Source of the DNA: Hemiscyllium ocellatum | Lineage: Eukaryota | NCBI RefSeq assembly: GCF_020745735.1 | Contig: NC_083420.1 | Span: 46,381,931-46,445,930 of the forward strand | Length of the DNA: 64,000 bases | Direction: 5' to 3' | Translations under genes and position numbers: made by a program | Part shown: positions 63,841 to 64,000 of the stretch, piece by piece | Position numbering within the stretch: position 1 is the stretch's first letter | How the letters are laid out: each line of letters starts with the position of its first letter | Notes under the pieces: model-generated | Told to the model about the DNA's origin: nothing | Seen by the model: the letters and a program-made list of their open reading frames with translations, nothing else | The model's database searches: none

Positions 63841-63923
63841 CCTTTAATGTGTTACTTAATCATACTGGTAGATGAAATACAGTACGTATAAATAAAAAGT
63901 GATGAATGCTTCACCATACTTAC

Positions 63924-64000
63924 AAGCAGATCGAAACGGAATTGCTATTTTCCCTTGAACACTACTAATCACTGCAACATGTCCACTTCTTCTCTGCACC
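63924..64000 (-). CDS. DHRS7B: DHRS7B coding exon (cut by the window edge)
   Basis: VQRRSGHVAVISSVQGKIAIPFRSA + T|gtaagt, which splices in frame to make the catalytic Tyr. Confidence 0.95.

Noticed and set aside
1-64000. CRISPR arrays, rRNA, true tRNA genes, prokaryotic or viral systems
   Set aside because: None seen. The tRNA-like A/B boxes all belong to SINE heads, and the sequence is intron-containing vertebrate DNA.

Overview
This is vertebrate genomic DNA, almost certainly from a shark; the inference rests on HE1-like V-SINEs and their HER1-like CR1 LINE partners. Three genes are recognisable: SMCR8 (+, 2 coding exons, 940 aa), TMEM11 (+, 2 coding exons, 187 aa) and the last three coding exons of DHRS7B (-). 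A probable first coding exon of an unidentified minus-strand gene lies under a CpG-rich promoter at about 7.3-7.8 kb. The rest is dense, nested transposable-element sequence: CR1 and RTE LINEs, about 10 tRNA-derived SINEs, TA-flanked MITEs, a decayed DIRS-like element and at least three Penelope-like (PLE) families. The most notable signals are four. (1) About 10 minimal hammerhead ribozyme motifs are carried by the PLEs, several with intact cores, including a 134-bp stand-alone insertion just downstream of a candidate SMCR8 poly(A) signal. (2) Many PLE copies are fold-back insertions, two of them in TMEM11 intron 1. (3) The SMCR8 and TMEM11 promoters share nearly the same back-to-back pair of ZNF143-type motifs. 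(4) The SMCR8 leader is crowded with uORFs. Repeat boundaries are approximate and were read by eye; no searches were run.
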